A DNA stretch of 64,000 nt from NCBI RefSeq assembly GCF_009914755.1, contig NC_060926.1. One strand, given 5' to 3'. Position numbers and translations under genes: made by a program. Shown in pieces: positions 27,565 to 40,097 of the stretch. Within the stretch, counting starts at the first letter, position 1; every line of letters begins with the position of its first letter. The stretch is from the human T2T-CHM13v2.0 reference genome, Homo sapiens. Under the pieces are notes generated by a model, which saw nothing but the letters and a program-made list of their open reading frames with translations, searched no databases and had not been told where the DNA came from.

Positions 27565-28126
27565 CCTCTCAGGTGCTTTCTCTTGGTAATAAAACTCCAG
27601 GAAATCTTCAAATCTTTATAAGGAAGTCAAATGATACTAAAAGACGTTTGGCTCTGTTTCTTTCAGGCTCTTTTAAAAGGAAAGTATTCCTGTCTTAGTT
27701 TGAAGAAATATCCATCTCATCTATGATTCCTGACCAAAATTGTGTCACACTGTTGAACCTTACCTCATCTCGTCACTCCTCAGTTAGTGCCTTTTCAACT
27801 TTTCCTATCAGTTGGAAGTCAGTTGGATAAGTTAGAGTATTGGCTCTGAAGGGAGTTTCAAGAAAGTTGTGAGGGATCTAGAATGAAAGCAGAGTTAAAG
27901 CAAGCCAAGAGGTGAATGAAATGAAGAATAGAATTTCTAGCAGAATATAAGTGAAAATTATGATTAATAATGGAGAAATAAAAGGATTGTTAAAGTGGCT
28001 ATGTTGAAGTCATTTAATATTAAACTATTTTTTTGGCCAAAAATTTTGAACAGATTTTACCAATATTTGGTGCCAGGATATTTAGAAAATTGTTTATCTT
28101 TCTCAATTCTTAACAGTTCTGTGAAG

Positions 28127-28221
28127 TAATTAGTGGTATTTTTAATCTTTAAATTTCTTAGCCAGGTGAATTTTACGGTTTTTATCAAACAGCGAAGAGC
28201 TGAATCTTTGGAATTAGCCGG
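28127..28221 (+). repeat. Copy 2 of the ~95-bp local direct duplication
   Basis: atctttaaatttc.tagccaggtg.atttta.ggtttttat.aaaca.cgaag...agctgaatctttggaattag shared with 27469-27564. Confidence 0.9.
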
Positions 28222-28439
28222 TAGACACCTAATTGTTTATTGCTATCAAAGGATACCTATGATTTTCCCTTCCTTTCACTCCCCTGCTAATCCTTCCTTC
28301 CCTTTCTCTTCCTCATTTTCATATTCCTTGTTGCCTCCTCATTTATTACTTCTCCCTTTATCTTTCTTCTCTCTCTTTCCTATGCTAGTCTTCTTCCTAC
28401 TCTTTATAGCTTGCTCTCCCGTTTTCCTATTGTTTAACT

Positions 28440-28640
28440 CTGTGCTTCTCAAACTGTATTCCACTGCACATTGTGGTCCCCTGGACAGATTGTTAAAACA
28501 CTGATTGCTGGCCTCTGGGGTCCCCCCAGAGTGTCTGATTCAGTAGGCCTGGGTTAGGGCTTGAGAATTTGTATTTCTAACAATTTCCCAGGCAATGCTG
28601 CTTCTGCTGGTGTAAGGATCATACTTTAAGAACGACTTAT
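28440..28640. mobile_element. MER5A hAT MITE
   Basis: gtgcttctcaaact..., ctgattcagtaggcctgggttagggcttgagaatttgtatttctaacaatttcccaggcaatgctg..., atactttaagaacgact. Confidence 0.8.
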
Positions 28641-29874
28641 TTAACTCATCTGATGTCCCGGTCTCTGCTTCCAAAGTAAAATCGATAAAACTTTAGATGA
28701 AACTTAGAATTCATTTGGAAAATTGTCTGTACTTTCCCAGGTAATTGTTATTGTCATTCCATGTAATAAAAATTGGTGTTAGATTTTTTTGATAGCTTTT
28801 CTGATATAATACTGTAATATTAATACCATCAATCAGAATTACCTTCAATACGGAAGAAACTGAAGCTCCTAAATTGGAGTAATCCTTGAGCTGTATGTGA
28901 TATTGGCACGGTGAGTTATGGAGGCAAGAAAATTAGAAATGCCAAAGGATTGCAAAGTTTTCCAACCGACTAAAACAACTTCTAATTTTATGTTTAAGAT
29001 AATTTTCTTTGCTTCCTAATTATAATGAAAAAAGAGTCTATCACGTATAACTTTATGAAACTTTTTGGACCATCCTAATAGCCTGTAGTCAAAACTATTC
29101 TTTTCACAATTATCCTTCCCATCTTTGGTATAATCAAAGGGGAAATGTAGCCCAACCTCTTTCTTTTATTCACTTCTTCAATCAATACACATTGAGCACC
29201 TGTAACTGTGCACCAGGCATGAATTGTTTTTCTTTGCTTCTTCTATCTCTTGCATTGGCCCTGAAACAAATTAAACGTGATTTAATTACCATATTTTTGG
29301 GAAGAGATGTTAAGAATTAAAAGGATACTTTCCCAGTTTCTAGGAGAGAAACCAGTCTTTGTCAAGTGTCACTGTACTGGCGTCTTATACTGATGACAGA
29401 GTAATGGTTAAGGCTGGGGGCGTACTGAACATTGATAGAGTGGCATTGCTGGGAACACTTCTTAACCATAAATTTGAAGATTAATTGATCAGGAGTATTT
29501 GATTACTCCGTCCACCCAGAAAAATGCCTCACTTGCCCATGACAAAGCCTCTTTCTGATACTCCTCTGATCTCATTGGCAGCTGTTTCTTCTGTTTCCTT
29601 TGCTGAATTTTCCTCCCCAGTCCCGGAATGGTGAAATTCCTCACTGCCCAGTACTCAGATTTCTTTTCTACTGATACTCCCTAAATGATCTTATCCAGGC
29701 TGTATCTTGAAATTATTTGCATGTGAGTGTATATACACACACAAACATGTGAACACACTATATACTACCGTGTATATATATACAAAGATATAAATTTGGA
29801 ATGCATTAGTATATGTGTGTATAATAAAACGGTTTCTAAAGGGAAACAAAGACATTTATGAACATAATACCTAA

Positions 29875-29942
29875 GTGACACATTTTACCCATGTAACAAA
29901 CCTGCATATGTACCCCCTGAACCTTAAATAAAAGTTGAAATA
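29875..29942 (+). mobile_element. Very short L1PB/L1MA 3' terminus
   Basis: tttacccatgtaacaaacctgcatatgtaccccctgaaccttaaataaaagtt. Confidence 0.8.
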
Positions 29943-30494
29943 AGTGCTCTTCCATTAGGCCTTCTTAGATATCACCTCTCTCATTTCTTCTCCCTTCCTT
30001 TACATACTTGGTTAGAAAATTGCCTTATTTTCTTTCTAAATGTCCTATGTGTGTCTTTATCATTTCATTTAACACAATGAAGATCACTGTGTCTGTGAAT
30101 TTTTTAGGAGTGGGAGCTGGGTCTTGATCTTCCATATATCTCCAGAGCCATACCCAGTGCCTGAATAGAATTGATATCAGAAACTCATATGATATCAGAT
30201 ATTTTTGTCTCCTCTTCCCCCAGCTCTGTGCTCTGTTTGTATACTCTCATACCATAGAAAGTGTCTCCACGTGATAGGAGAGGTTAAGAGGTTGTGATCA
30301 ATGCTATACTTACTCAAATTAAACAGCCCCAAAGGATGTAGGCTTCTATATATAAAGTCTCCATTAAGGACACGAATTGGTCCAACTTAAAGTCTGTGCT
30401 TTTTTGCTAGGAAAACCGCCTTGTGGGGGAAGGGACTACTGTAATGGGCCGCGTGTGGGTGAAGTGGCCATTTGCTAGGGTGGGTTGGTAATTG

Positions 30495-30930
30495 TATTAT
30501 AGTTAGTATTAGCGGTAACAGATCCCAATTACAATAGCGGCTTAAGCAAGATAGAAGTCTAAGGAGCACTTCTGATTCATGAAAGTTTTAGGGACTCAAG
30601 TTTATTTTGTTATGATGTAAGAAGTCTCCAGATCCATTTCAAGATCACCTCATACTCTAATGTTGCTGCTCCAGGTCCTACTTTCATATTTATATTCCAG
30701 CTATCAGGAAAGAAATTCCATAGATATAAAGGCAATGGACTTTTTGTTAAGTCTTTTCAAGAGGATTTCAGAAGGTATCTCATGAAGCTTTATTTCATCT
30801 ACCAAAACATAGAGGATAATTGAAAGAAAGAGTGGGAAACACAGTGTTTATTTGGTTGGCTATTATTTCACTATGTTACGCAGGTAGAGGAAAACATACG
30901 TTGGGGAACAATGAACAGCTCTTGCTGCTG
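30495..30930 (-). mobile_element. Old MaLR LTR (MLT1J/K-like)
   Basis: gtaacagatcccaattacaatagcggcttaagcaagatagaagt; gttgctgctccaggtcc...attccagctatcaggaaag. Confidence 0.5.
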
Positions 30931-32551
30931 TAGCGTAGTATGACTGCTAGTTCCATCACCACCTGGGAAGATAGCTGCAGATGTCTGCTAAAAATTGACA
31001 TTCCAGCTAAAGCCTAAAGAAGGCTAGGAAAGCCCCCTCAATGATTAATATTGTGAAATTAATAGACTTTCATTTCTCAGTCTCACAATGAGTCTTGTCT
31101 TTTTTTATTATAAAATCTATTCACTTATGTAATCCACATTGGTCTACATAAGAAAGATTTTTAAATGAGAGTTGTCTACTGATAAGAAATTTAAAATATA
31201 AACAGTGTTGTAATGTTCTCTCAATTCTTGAACTAATAACTATCTTTCCAAAGTAGATCCTATTATTTTGAACCTTCATATTAATTTTAGGCTCTGATGC
31301 AATCATTAGCTTATCCGCAAATGAAATTGTAAGAATCTATCTTTGTTCTGATGAATGATTAACAGGTACTTTTATGTTCAACATGGATTAAAAAAAACCT
31401 GATATTTCTTTAAAAAAAGGTGGGTGGTAAAGTGAACATTTCTTTTGTCTAATACCTGATTCAGGCTTCTAATTGTGGAAGTGGATGTTTGTCATTTTTA
31501 AAAAATGGACTGACATCCATTCTTTTGCTAATAGAATCCCAAATTTGACAGGGGGAATTCCTTGTCTTCAGTTTGTATACAGTCTACTGCAGTTATTACT
31601 TAAGAGGTTGTAGCCCTTCTAACCATGAGACTAAGCTAGGTTTATGAGACTTCTCTCCCTTGAATTTGAATGTTGTGTCAAGTGAAATAATGACAGAAAA
31701 CATTTGGAGTTCATTCTTTTGAGAAGAGATTATGGGGGACTGACTGCTCCCTAGGTAATGAACAAATCTGGTTTCTGCCAATTCCTAAGCCTCATTTATC
31801 TAGCTTTTTTGGGGGGCAAGGGAGTCTTCTTCTATATGTTGAATTGTTTACAGATTTTTCTTAATGTATCCCTAGTTGGTTTTCTTGCTTGCACACAATG
31901 GTCATAGACACTGCTGGACTATGTAGTTATGCTCAGCCTCTCTACCAAGCTCTGGAGAAAAACCTCTGTGCTGAATTTATAAATATAGCCTGAGGAAGAA
32001 AGCAATATCTTATTCTCTTCTACTGTAACCTTTTCCCACTGCTATGAAATTCCCTAGATGCTAAAGAGGGGAAGAAAGTATCACCCCAAGTTCCTTATTG
32101 CCAATTTGTAAATGGTGCTTGTTCTCTCGTCTTAATCTTCATACAGTTTTGTTTGGAGTTTCACTATCAGTTCTCAGTCACTTTTTTTTTTCCTTTTTTC
32201 CCATTTTAATCATGATATAGAAAGAATAATATCTTTCAGCTTCATAGAGGTATGATGAAAAGCATTTAATGAGCTACCATTTCCTCAGGTTCAAATGAAG
32301 CAGTCTATTCCACTGAATCTAATTACATTTAATTCATTAGTGCTTTTATTTTAATTTTTTTCATTCATGTAGATTGTGCAATTATAAGAACTGCTTTTCT
32401 ATGCAGTATTTTGGATACATCTTTATTACAGTCCACAAATAATTGAAAAATAGAAAACAAAAGGTAAAATAAGTCATTGGGTAGCCATTATGATATAAAA
32501 AAGGTTTATTTTCGGATTTTCTGAACTAAGACCCATCCATCAACAAGTAAG

Positions 32552-32852
32552 TTTTTTTGTTTGTTTGTTTTTGAGACGGAGTCTTGCTCTATCACCAGGC
32601 TGGAGTGCAGTGGGGCGATCTCAGTTCACTGAAACCTCCGCCTCCCAGGTTCAAGTGATTCCCCTGCCTCAGCCTCCTGAGTAGCTGGGACTACAGGCAT
32701 TCATCACCATGCCCAGCTAATTATTTTGTATTTTAGTAGAGATGAGGTTTCACCGTGTTGGCCAGGTTGGTTTCGATCTCCTGACCTCGTGATCCACCCA
32801 CCTTGGCCTCCCAAAGTTCTGGGATTATAGGCATGAGCCACCGCGCCTGGCC
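32552..32852 (-). mobile_element. AluSc, full length
   Basis: Diagnostics tcaccaggctgg (1-nt deletion) and tcgatctcctgacctcgtgatcc; perfect TSD aacaagtaagtttt at 32542-32555 and 32853-32866; (TTTG)n tail. Confidence 0.95.
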
Positions 32853-33719
32853 AACAAGTAAGTTTTATATGAGGAATGTGGAAGCTCAGCTCTGCAGGGA
32901 AGGTGGGGAGAAGGTATTTAAGAGAAATGTAAAACTGTGGTATTTATCCCCATGGAATCTTGCAGTCTCATTAAAGAGAGTAAAAATTAAGTGTTCCTAG
33001 GCGTTGACCATATTCCCCCCTGAAATAAAAGACTTAGTCAAATTTAGCCAAACAGGTTGGCTTGGCTTTTTAAAAAGTTGTTGACTTGGTGTCTATATTT
33101 GTTGCTATTGTTTTTTGTTTAGCTTTATTTAATCTTTGACACATATTGGCTTGAAAGTCTGTTCATTTCACCCTCTCCCCATACTGCAGATAGTAGATAT
33201 GCCCTCCATGGAGCTAGATGTCATAGTGCTAAAAGATGTATATGACTCCACAAAACCTTAAAAGGATCCACTGACTTTGAGATGCATGCTGGCATCATGG
33301 GGTTATGTGATAACATTTCAAAGTGTAACTCAAAGGAATAAACTTTTACAAGTTTATTTAGACCATATCTGTCCACATCATATGTAAGATCATTCATAAT
33401 AATCTTTTCACAGTTTAACCCCCTCTGTTCATCCTAACTGTAGCCATTTCATTATAAGGGGTGAGATCCTTGATTAGACAATAAGAGAAGTAGAAGAGCA
33501 AGTCAACAATTAAAACTCTGTCTCCATTTCAGAGTTATTTGTCTTTAAGGTTTTGACAAGGCATCTTTTCCTTTTTACATGTGCCCTTCAAATACAAAAG
33601 AGCACCAATTAACAAGGACTTGATAATCCTGTATTGATTAAGGTGCCCCTGTTAAAATGCTGCTCCGAGGCATACTGTCCTTTCTAACTGTCAGAAGCAT
33701 TTGATAAGGTAGACACAAA

Positions 33720-35260
33720 ACTCATCAATCAGAATGAGTTCTCTTACTAGTAATAGAAAGCCCAACTCAAACCAGCTTATATAATAAGCAATGTGCACAG
33801 AAATTTCATCAGTGGCATAGGTTTGATGCAGAAGTTTATGATATCATCAGGGCTTTGGATGATCTTATTTCCTGGGGGAGAAAAAGAACTTCCCTATCTC
33901 AAACCATTAAACAAAATCTCTGAGAGTCACTGTTATTAGATCCAATTATTTCATGTGCTTGCCCTGAACTAATAACTGTAGCAAGGGGAATTGGATTACC
34001 TTTCTGAAGCTTGAGTGGTTCTATCAGCCTGGCTATTTCATAACTGGAGAATAGGATGGATACTGGGGAAGAATCCCAATATTTGTGGTGTTTAGGTTAC
34101 ATCAAGGCTACATAAAGTCATCTCAACTCTATACAGTAATAGGCCAATCATAAAACCTATTTAAAAATCCTAGGATAAAATAGAACTGCAAGTTTTCACT
34201 GGATACCTTTAAACACAGGTGGTGGAGGCTCATAAGATTTTAGCCAGGTAAATTAATCAACATAGAAAATATTATCCATGGGAACAAATGGATAAGGATT
34301 ATTGGTGGTGGCAGAGATAATTAATAATTCCCAGTATTCTCTCTTCATTTTTAAAATAGAATACCGCATATTATAGTTGGTTACGGACACCTGGATAGAG
34401 TTTATACTTCCCAGGCTTCTTTGGCAATTAGGCATGACCTGTAACAGGTAGAATAAATGTTTTGATGAGGGGTGGGAGTGAAGAGGGAAGTGAATAGAAA
34501 TGATGTATACAATTTCTCTCTACTTTTTATTTTTCATAAGAGAGCTTATTGTCTTCTACTCTCTTTAATCTCTCCCTGGTAGCTAGGAAATGGTGGTAAC
34601 AAATAGCCATGGTCCCAGAGTTGAAAGCCAAGTGTTGAGGATGGCAGAGCCACCCAACATGCTGAGGCTACTCATATTTGGATAGTTATATGTAATAAAA
34701 ATAAACTTCTATTTTATTGAATTGTTTAATTTTTGGCTCTTGTTGTTATAGCACTTCACTCAAACTGAAGTGATATACCAATTAAAAATGTAAGGCAGGA
34801 CTGAAATGTTCATTGCTTTCATTTATCCTTCTGTCTAGGAGTCTGGTATAGCTTGGCCCAGTTGTGTTTCAATAGCTTCTTTTCAAGTTTCCTTAGAGTA
34901 TAGATTATTTGGTAGCTGGGACTAACATTCCCTATTTCTTGGATCTGTTCACAATAAACAGAATGCAGGCATGCCATTAAACCACTGCTCTCTCCGTTAT
35001 GGCCACTTAAGTCCATGTTAGGCATCTGATCTCTGCTAGACTGATCAATATTTTCTCCTGGAAATTAGAATTTGGACAAGAGAGAGGCAAAGGCTGTGAG
35101 TAGTTCTTGTTGAATCATTTTACTGGCAGTAAACCAGATGAAGATACAAGAACTCCACACTTGAGGTAACAGAGCTGTACTTCTTCATGCTTTTCTCGAG
35201 GTCTGGTTGTTCAAATGTCTTCCTTGCCTTTAGTAGTATATTCCTGTATGCTCACACTTA
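33720..35260. mobile_element. Cluster of old MLT1 LTR fragments (~33720-34080 minus; ~34300-34770 and ~34810-35260 plus)
   Basis: agtaatagaaagcccaactcaaaccagctta; gaaagccaagtgttgaggatggcagagcc...aaataaacttcta; ttaagtccatgttaggcatctgatc. Confidence 0.5.
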
Positions 35261-35269
35261 TGTATTTAT

Positions 35270-37250
35270 TTTTTAATAAAGTTTTCATTTTGTAATGATT
35301 TTAGATTCATCAAAAAACTGCAAAGATAGCACAGAGTTTTCATATACCTCACACTCAGTTTCCCTGAATGTTAACATATATTAGTATCATGCGTTTATAA
35401 TATTAAAAATAATGAAGCAATATTGAAACACTATTAACTAAAGTCAGTGTTTTATTCAGATTTTCTTAGGTTTTGCCTAATATTCTTTTTCTGTTCCAGA
35501 ATCCCATCCAGGACACCAGGCTATATTTGCTCATCAGCTTCCTTGTTTCTGACAGTTTCTCAGATGGTCCTTGTTTTTGATTACCTTGGCAGTCTTGAAG
35601 AGTACTGGCCAAATATTTTGTAGACTATTCCACAATTATTTCCTAATGTTTTTCTCATGGTTAGACTGAGCTTACATGTTTTTGAAAGGAAGACCAGAAA
35701 AAGAAAGTATCATTCTATCACATCATATCAAGGATATATACTATCCAGGTGGCATATTTGTATTGATATTAACCTTAATTGCCTGGTTGAGATACTGTTT
35801 GTCAGATTGCTTAAGTTTACACTTTTACCTCCTCCTTTTTACAATGTAATCTTTGGAAGGAAATCACTATGCACAGCCTACACTTAAGGTTTAGGGAGTT
35901 ATGTTTCATCTCCTTTAGAACTGAGTATCCACATACATTATTTGAAATTCTTCATGAGAGATTTTTCTCTTATTCCCCGTTTATGTACTCAACATTCATG
36001 TAAGTATGGGTTCATGGGCATTTATACTTTGGGTTATAATCCCACGAAACTTAATTTTGTTGCCCAAATTGTTCCTGTGGCATGGCTACTTTGTCCATTT
36101 GACATGTCCTCATTGCTATGGACTGAACTGTGTAGCCCCCACCTCTCCAGTTCATAAGTTGAAACCCTAATCTCCAATGTGATGGTATTTGGAGATGTGG
36201 CCTTTCAGGTAATTAGGCTTAGATGAAGTCATGAGCATGGAGCCCTCATAAAGTGATAGTGACCTTATAAGTAGAGGCAACAGAGAGCTTGTTCTCCATC
36301 TCTCTCTGCTCCTGTGAAGGCATAGTGAAAAGGTGGCCATCTTCAAGCCAGAGAGTCCTCACCAGAACTCACAATGCTGGCACCCTGATCTCAGACTTCC
36401 AGCCTCCAGAACTGTAAGAAATAAATTTCTGTGGTTTAAGCCACCAGGTCCTTGACATTTTGTTATGGCAGCCCAAGCTAATGAGTACATCTGTCATTGT
36501 AGGGTTGTTTTGTTTTGTTTTGGTTTGGTTTTAAACCACTTCCTTACTTTCTGGCACTGTAAGATATTTCAGGTTCATGTTGTACATTTCCTGCTCCAGT
36601 CCTAGAATCAGCCATTTCTCTAAAGAGCCCTTGTTCTTTTTTTATTATTATTATTGAGGAATAGTATTAGAAGCCAACATTGGGTGTTAGGTATGCTTGT
36701 TGCTAATGGAGTGTGATTGTTTTCCGGCCCTCTAAGCTAGCAGAACAAGGAAATAGATGTATGCATAATAACCCTTGTATATACTAACATGCATATACAC
36801 CTATCTATAAATATTTTTGTATGCAATCATCTGCATCTATATTAAACAAAACATAAGTTCATAGTCATGTCTACACCTCAAACACATTAGCACGTGAATT
36901 ATTCTATCATGTTTCCCTTGCTTATCTTTAAGCTCCCACTTGAACAGTGAAAAACATGGCTCTCTCATCTACTGCAATTCATTTACTTGTTTAACTCCAT
37001 TATACATGTATAGCAGCATCAGAACTGTTCACCCATCTGCCTGTGGAAAATATCTTTATCAACTAGAGTACAGTGCTTATGTGAACATTATTTTGCCTTT
37101 TATAGACTTTGCTTGTTTCCAAAGTTCTTTGTGCTTTGTGTCACCACCTTTCTCTCCCAGGTGTTTTAATGAGGTTGCTCCATGTATTTGTAATGTAGTT
37201 AGATCACTCTTTCCCAATCTGCATTATTTCTGGAATTCTATAACAACTAA
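35270..37250 (-). mobile_element. L1MC-type 3' end, interrupted by MLT1A
   Basis: aaactgcaaagatagcacagag, ttttctgttccagaatcccatccaggacacc, cagtcctagaatcagccatttctctaaagagccc. Confidence 0.8.
36114..36489 (+). mobile_element. MLT1A/MLT1A0 solo LTR, full length
   Basis: tgctatggactgaactgtgt...ctggcaccctgatctcagacttccagcctccagaactgtaagaaataaatttctg...gagtaca. Confidence 0.88.
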
Positions 37251-37969
37251 TTTATTTTTTAATATTGCTAAAGCCAGCTTGCATTAATTTCTGCTATTTG
37301 TAGCCAATCCAACTTAAACATTTTACAATAAAATCTATAAGGGTAGAACTTGCAAAGTGGGAAGGTCCACATCCAGCCCAAAAGATACCTTTGTGTAAAT
37401 TAGAAAGAGACCCCCCCAACTTAAGACAGTTTATTTCCTACTGCCAGAAAATTGCCATAATAAACTACAAATAGCAAAGACCATGACATTGATGGTGCAC
37501 CTTGCGTGTTTTGCCTGACATGCCAGACATTATGACGTGACCCTGTTTCATTTATCAGACACTAAACAAAAAAGTGAGTAGACATTTTTTTTTAGCAACA
37601 ATGTGCAATTTTTCCAGCCTAGACATGAAAGCAGTGTGCATCTGAGGGCAATAAGGGAGACCTGTGACAAAGAACAGCTACAGAAATGAAGATTCTGAGA
37701 AGTTCCACTGTCCCTGGCAGGGCTTTCAGAACAATGAAGAGCAAAAACAATCAAACCAGCCCTATAGGATTCCAGACCATGCCAAGAACCAAGGTAGAAG
37801 CTTGCGTTAGAGGAGTTAGGACAAAAAGAGGAATGGTGAAACCCAAGAATAAGTTCAAAGTAGCACTAACATGAAGGTTTAATGAAAGCTAGGCCTAGAG
37901 CACTTTAAATTTCCCATAACAAAGCAATATTAACTTATCAACGTCTATTTCACTAATATATCTTCTTCC

Positions 37970-38180
37970 ATTTACTCAATTTTTAAATTAATTGCCAATA
38001 TATTAAGAAACCAGTAGATTGCATATGAAAATGCATATTTCTGTTTTCTGTCAAGCAGTTGGAAGATCTGACCACATGGGCCTATATTGCCACCTGATAA
38101 CAGGCTGGAATAGAGTTGGGTCTCCCCCTTTGGAAGCCTATGGGCTATCTGGTTTGTCAGCAACCCTATCATTCACGCTT
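37970..38180. mobile_element. MER102-like hAT-Charlie fragment
   Basis: aattaattgccaatattaagaaacc...ggaagatctgaccacatgggcc; similar to 54870-55090. Confidence 0.45.
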
Positions 38181-39761
38181 CTTAGCTCTGAGTTTCTGAG
38201 TTTACAGTCACTGCTTCAGAGTCTGCATCTGGGAGTTACCTAGCCTCAAGTATGAAAATTTAAGGGTCTCAGAACCAAGGAATCCGGTAGATCATTATAT
38301 CCGTACCCTCAGCTTGGCACTTTAAAGCAGAGTGTGAGAATAGTTGCATGAGGGTGAATTAGTGACTCTACATACCCTATGGTTCTGAGTATTGCATTTT
38401 CATGACCATATACTTTATCATTAATTATACCTCAGTCTCTTTGAGTATCTACTATTTTCTAGCTTGTATAATTAAGGTAAGCTAAAATATCTATATATCC
38501 TTGTTTACTTTTTTATGAAAAACACATATCTTACAGGGATCCCACTGAGCTTGTAAGAAGTTCCATCTTGTTTGTGTTGGTTCCAAGTCCTTCCAGTTTT
38601 GGTCTTTGTGCTTTTGAATCATTTAACTATCATAACTGCACTGATCCCACCAAATGCAGTAGGAATTTATTTTCTCTTTTTAGGCCTTCACTCAAATTCA
38701 TTGATAAGAAATATTGATCAGTACAGAGAAATACCTACAGAGTGTGCTCGAAGATCTAGAACTCTCCAAGCTGAAGAAGCTCTGTCACAAGGAAAACTAT
38801 TCATATTGGCATCACTTTTCCCAGTTAGCTCATGATGGCCATTAGTAGCCCCACTTTCTATTCTAAGTACTCAAATCCATTTTTAATAACCTATTCTAAA
38901 CTTTGGGAGGGGAACAATGCCAATTTAAACATTTGGTGCAAGCAGAATTTAATAATCTCCTCTTTTTGAAAACCAAAATATTTGACCGTGTTAGTGTTAT
39001 AATCCCTTTTTCAGAGGTTTCCATAATTTGAAGATTCAAATAACAATTTACTTACCTCATCTACAAGAACTTATGTCTCTTGGATTTTATCTTGCCAGGA
39101 AAAAGCTAAATATCTTCTTATCTACATTGTATTTAATTTTAGTTATCAGTTAATTATGCTTCTTCTTACTCTTTCAATCTTGAAATTAAAGGATTTTAAT
39201 CAAGATTTTAATAATTTTGCTTTCTCATATCAATATATTATCTTTCATAAGCAGTCTTAAAACTTCCTAAGTTTTTCAATGCAAAGGTTATTACTCACTC
39301 ATCTTATAAAATAATTTCACGTGGATGTTTCATGAGACAACATTTGATTTTGAATACTCCTTTTGGAGCACCAGCAGAATGGAAAAGGAAAAATTATGCA
39401 AGATATGTACTGTTTAATAACTAAAATGTTTAATCTGTGTTATTTCTTTATATGAACCAACGAAATCTGAGGCGTATTTGCTTACCTATGTATGCATCAC
39501 CACAGTTCTTTCAATTTCCCTTTTGATGCTATGCCTTGTATCTGCTTGGGGACTTATAAAACATTTCTTTAAGTTTCAATTTAACAATATGTTGATTAGT
39601 CAGCAAATACCCTATCTAACATATTATCCTTAGTTCTTTTTACAGGCTTCCTGTCACTTGGTAAAATTCTCCACTCTGTTATAAAATTTATTAAAATTAT
39701 ATGATTATTAATATTAACAATATAATACCAAGACTTTTGAATCTTGACTCAGTTTTTTGTT

Positions 39762-39770
39762 ACACACACA

Positions 39771-39811
<41 letters not shown>

Positions 39812-39821
39812 TGAGAGAGAG
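39762..39821. repeat. Compound (AC)n(AG)n microsatellite
   Basis: (AC)13 followed by a slightly interrupted AG run. Confidence 0.95.
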
Positions 39822-39935
39822 GTTCACGACAAGCCCTCTTTTGGAGTTAGCTAGCTAAATAGAGGGTCACTGCTATTTCTTCCTTTCAGTCCTGTACTAC
39901 TTCCTACTGGTTATAAGGATATTAAACCTTATATA

Positions 39936-40097
39936 ATGGTGGTTATTAAACCTTTAAGGACCACTTGAGAATCTGGTGGAGGCTGTAAGAGTCTCAGAAC
40001 AATGCACACAGATTAATCAGGATATCACATGTATATGGAGGGAGTAAGATTTGGGGACTTTTAACATAGTGTTTTGTGGACCCTAGATTCAATACTC
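39936..40097. mobile_element. MER103C-like MITE; a similar relic lies at ~60515-60690
   Basis: gaccacttgagaatctggtggaggctgt...cagaacaatgcacac...tggaccctagattcaatactct. Confidence 0.5.

Noticed and set aside
28133-28504. 123-aa hydrophobic ORF
   Set aside because: It reads through the duplicated segment, a pyrimidine-rich low-complexity tract and MER5A.
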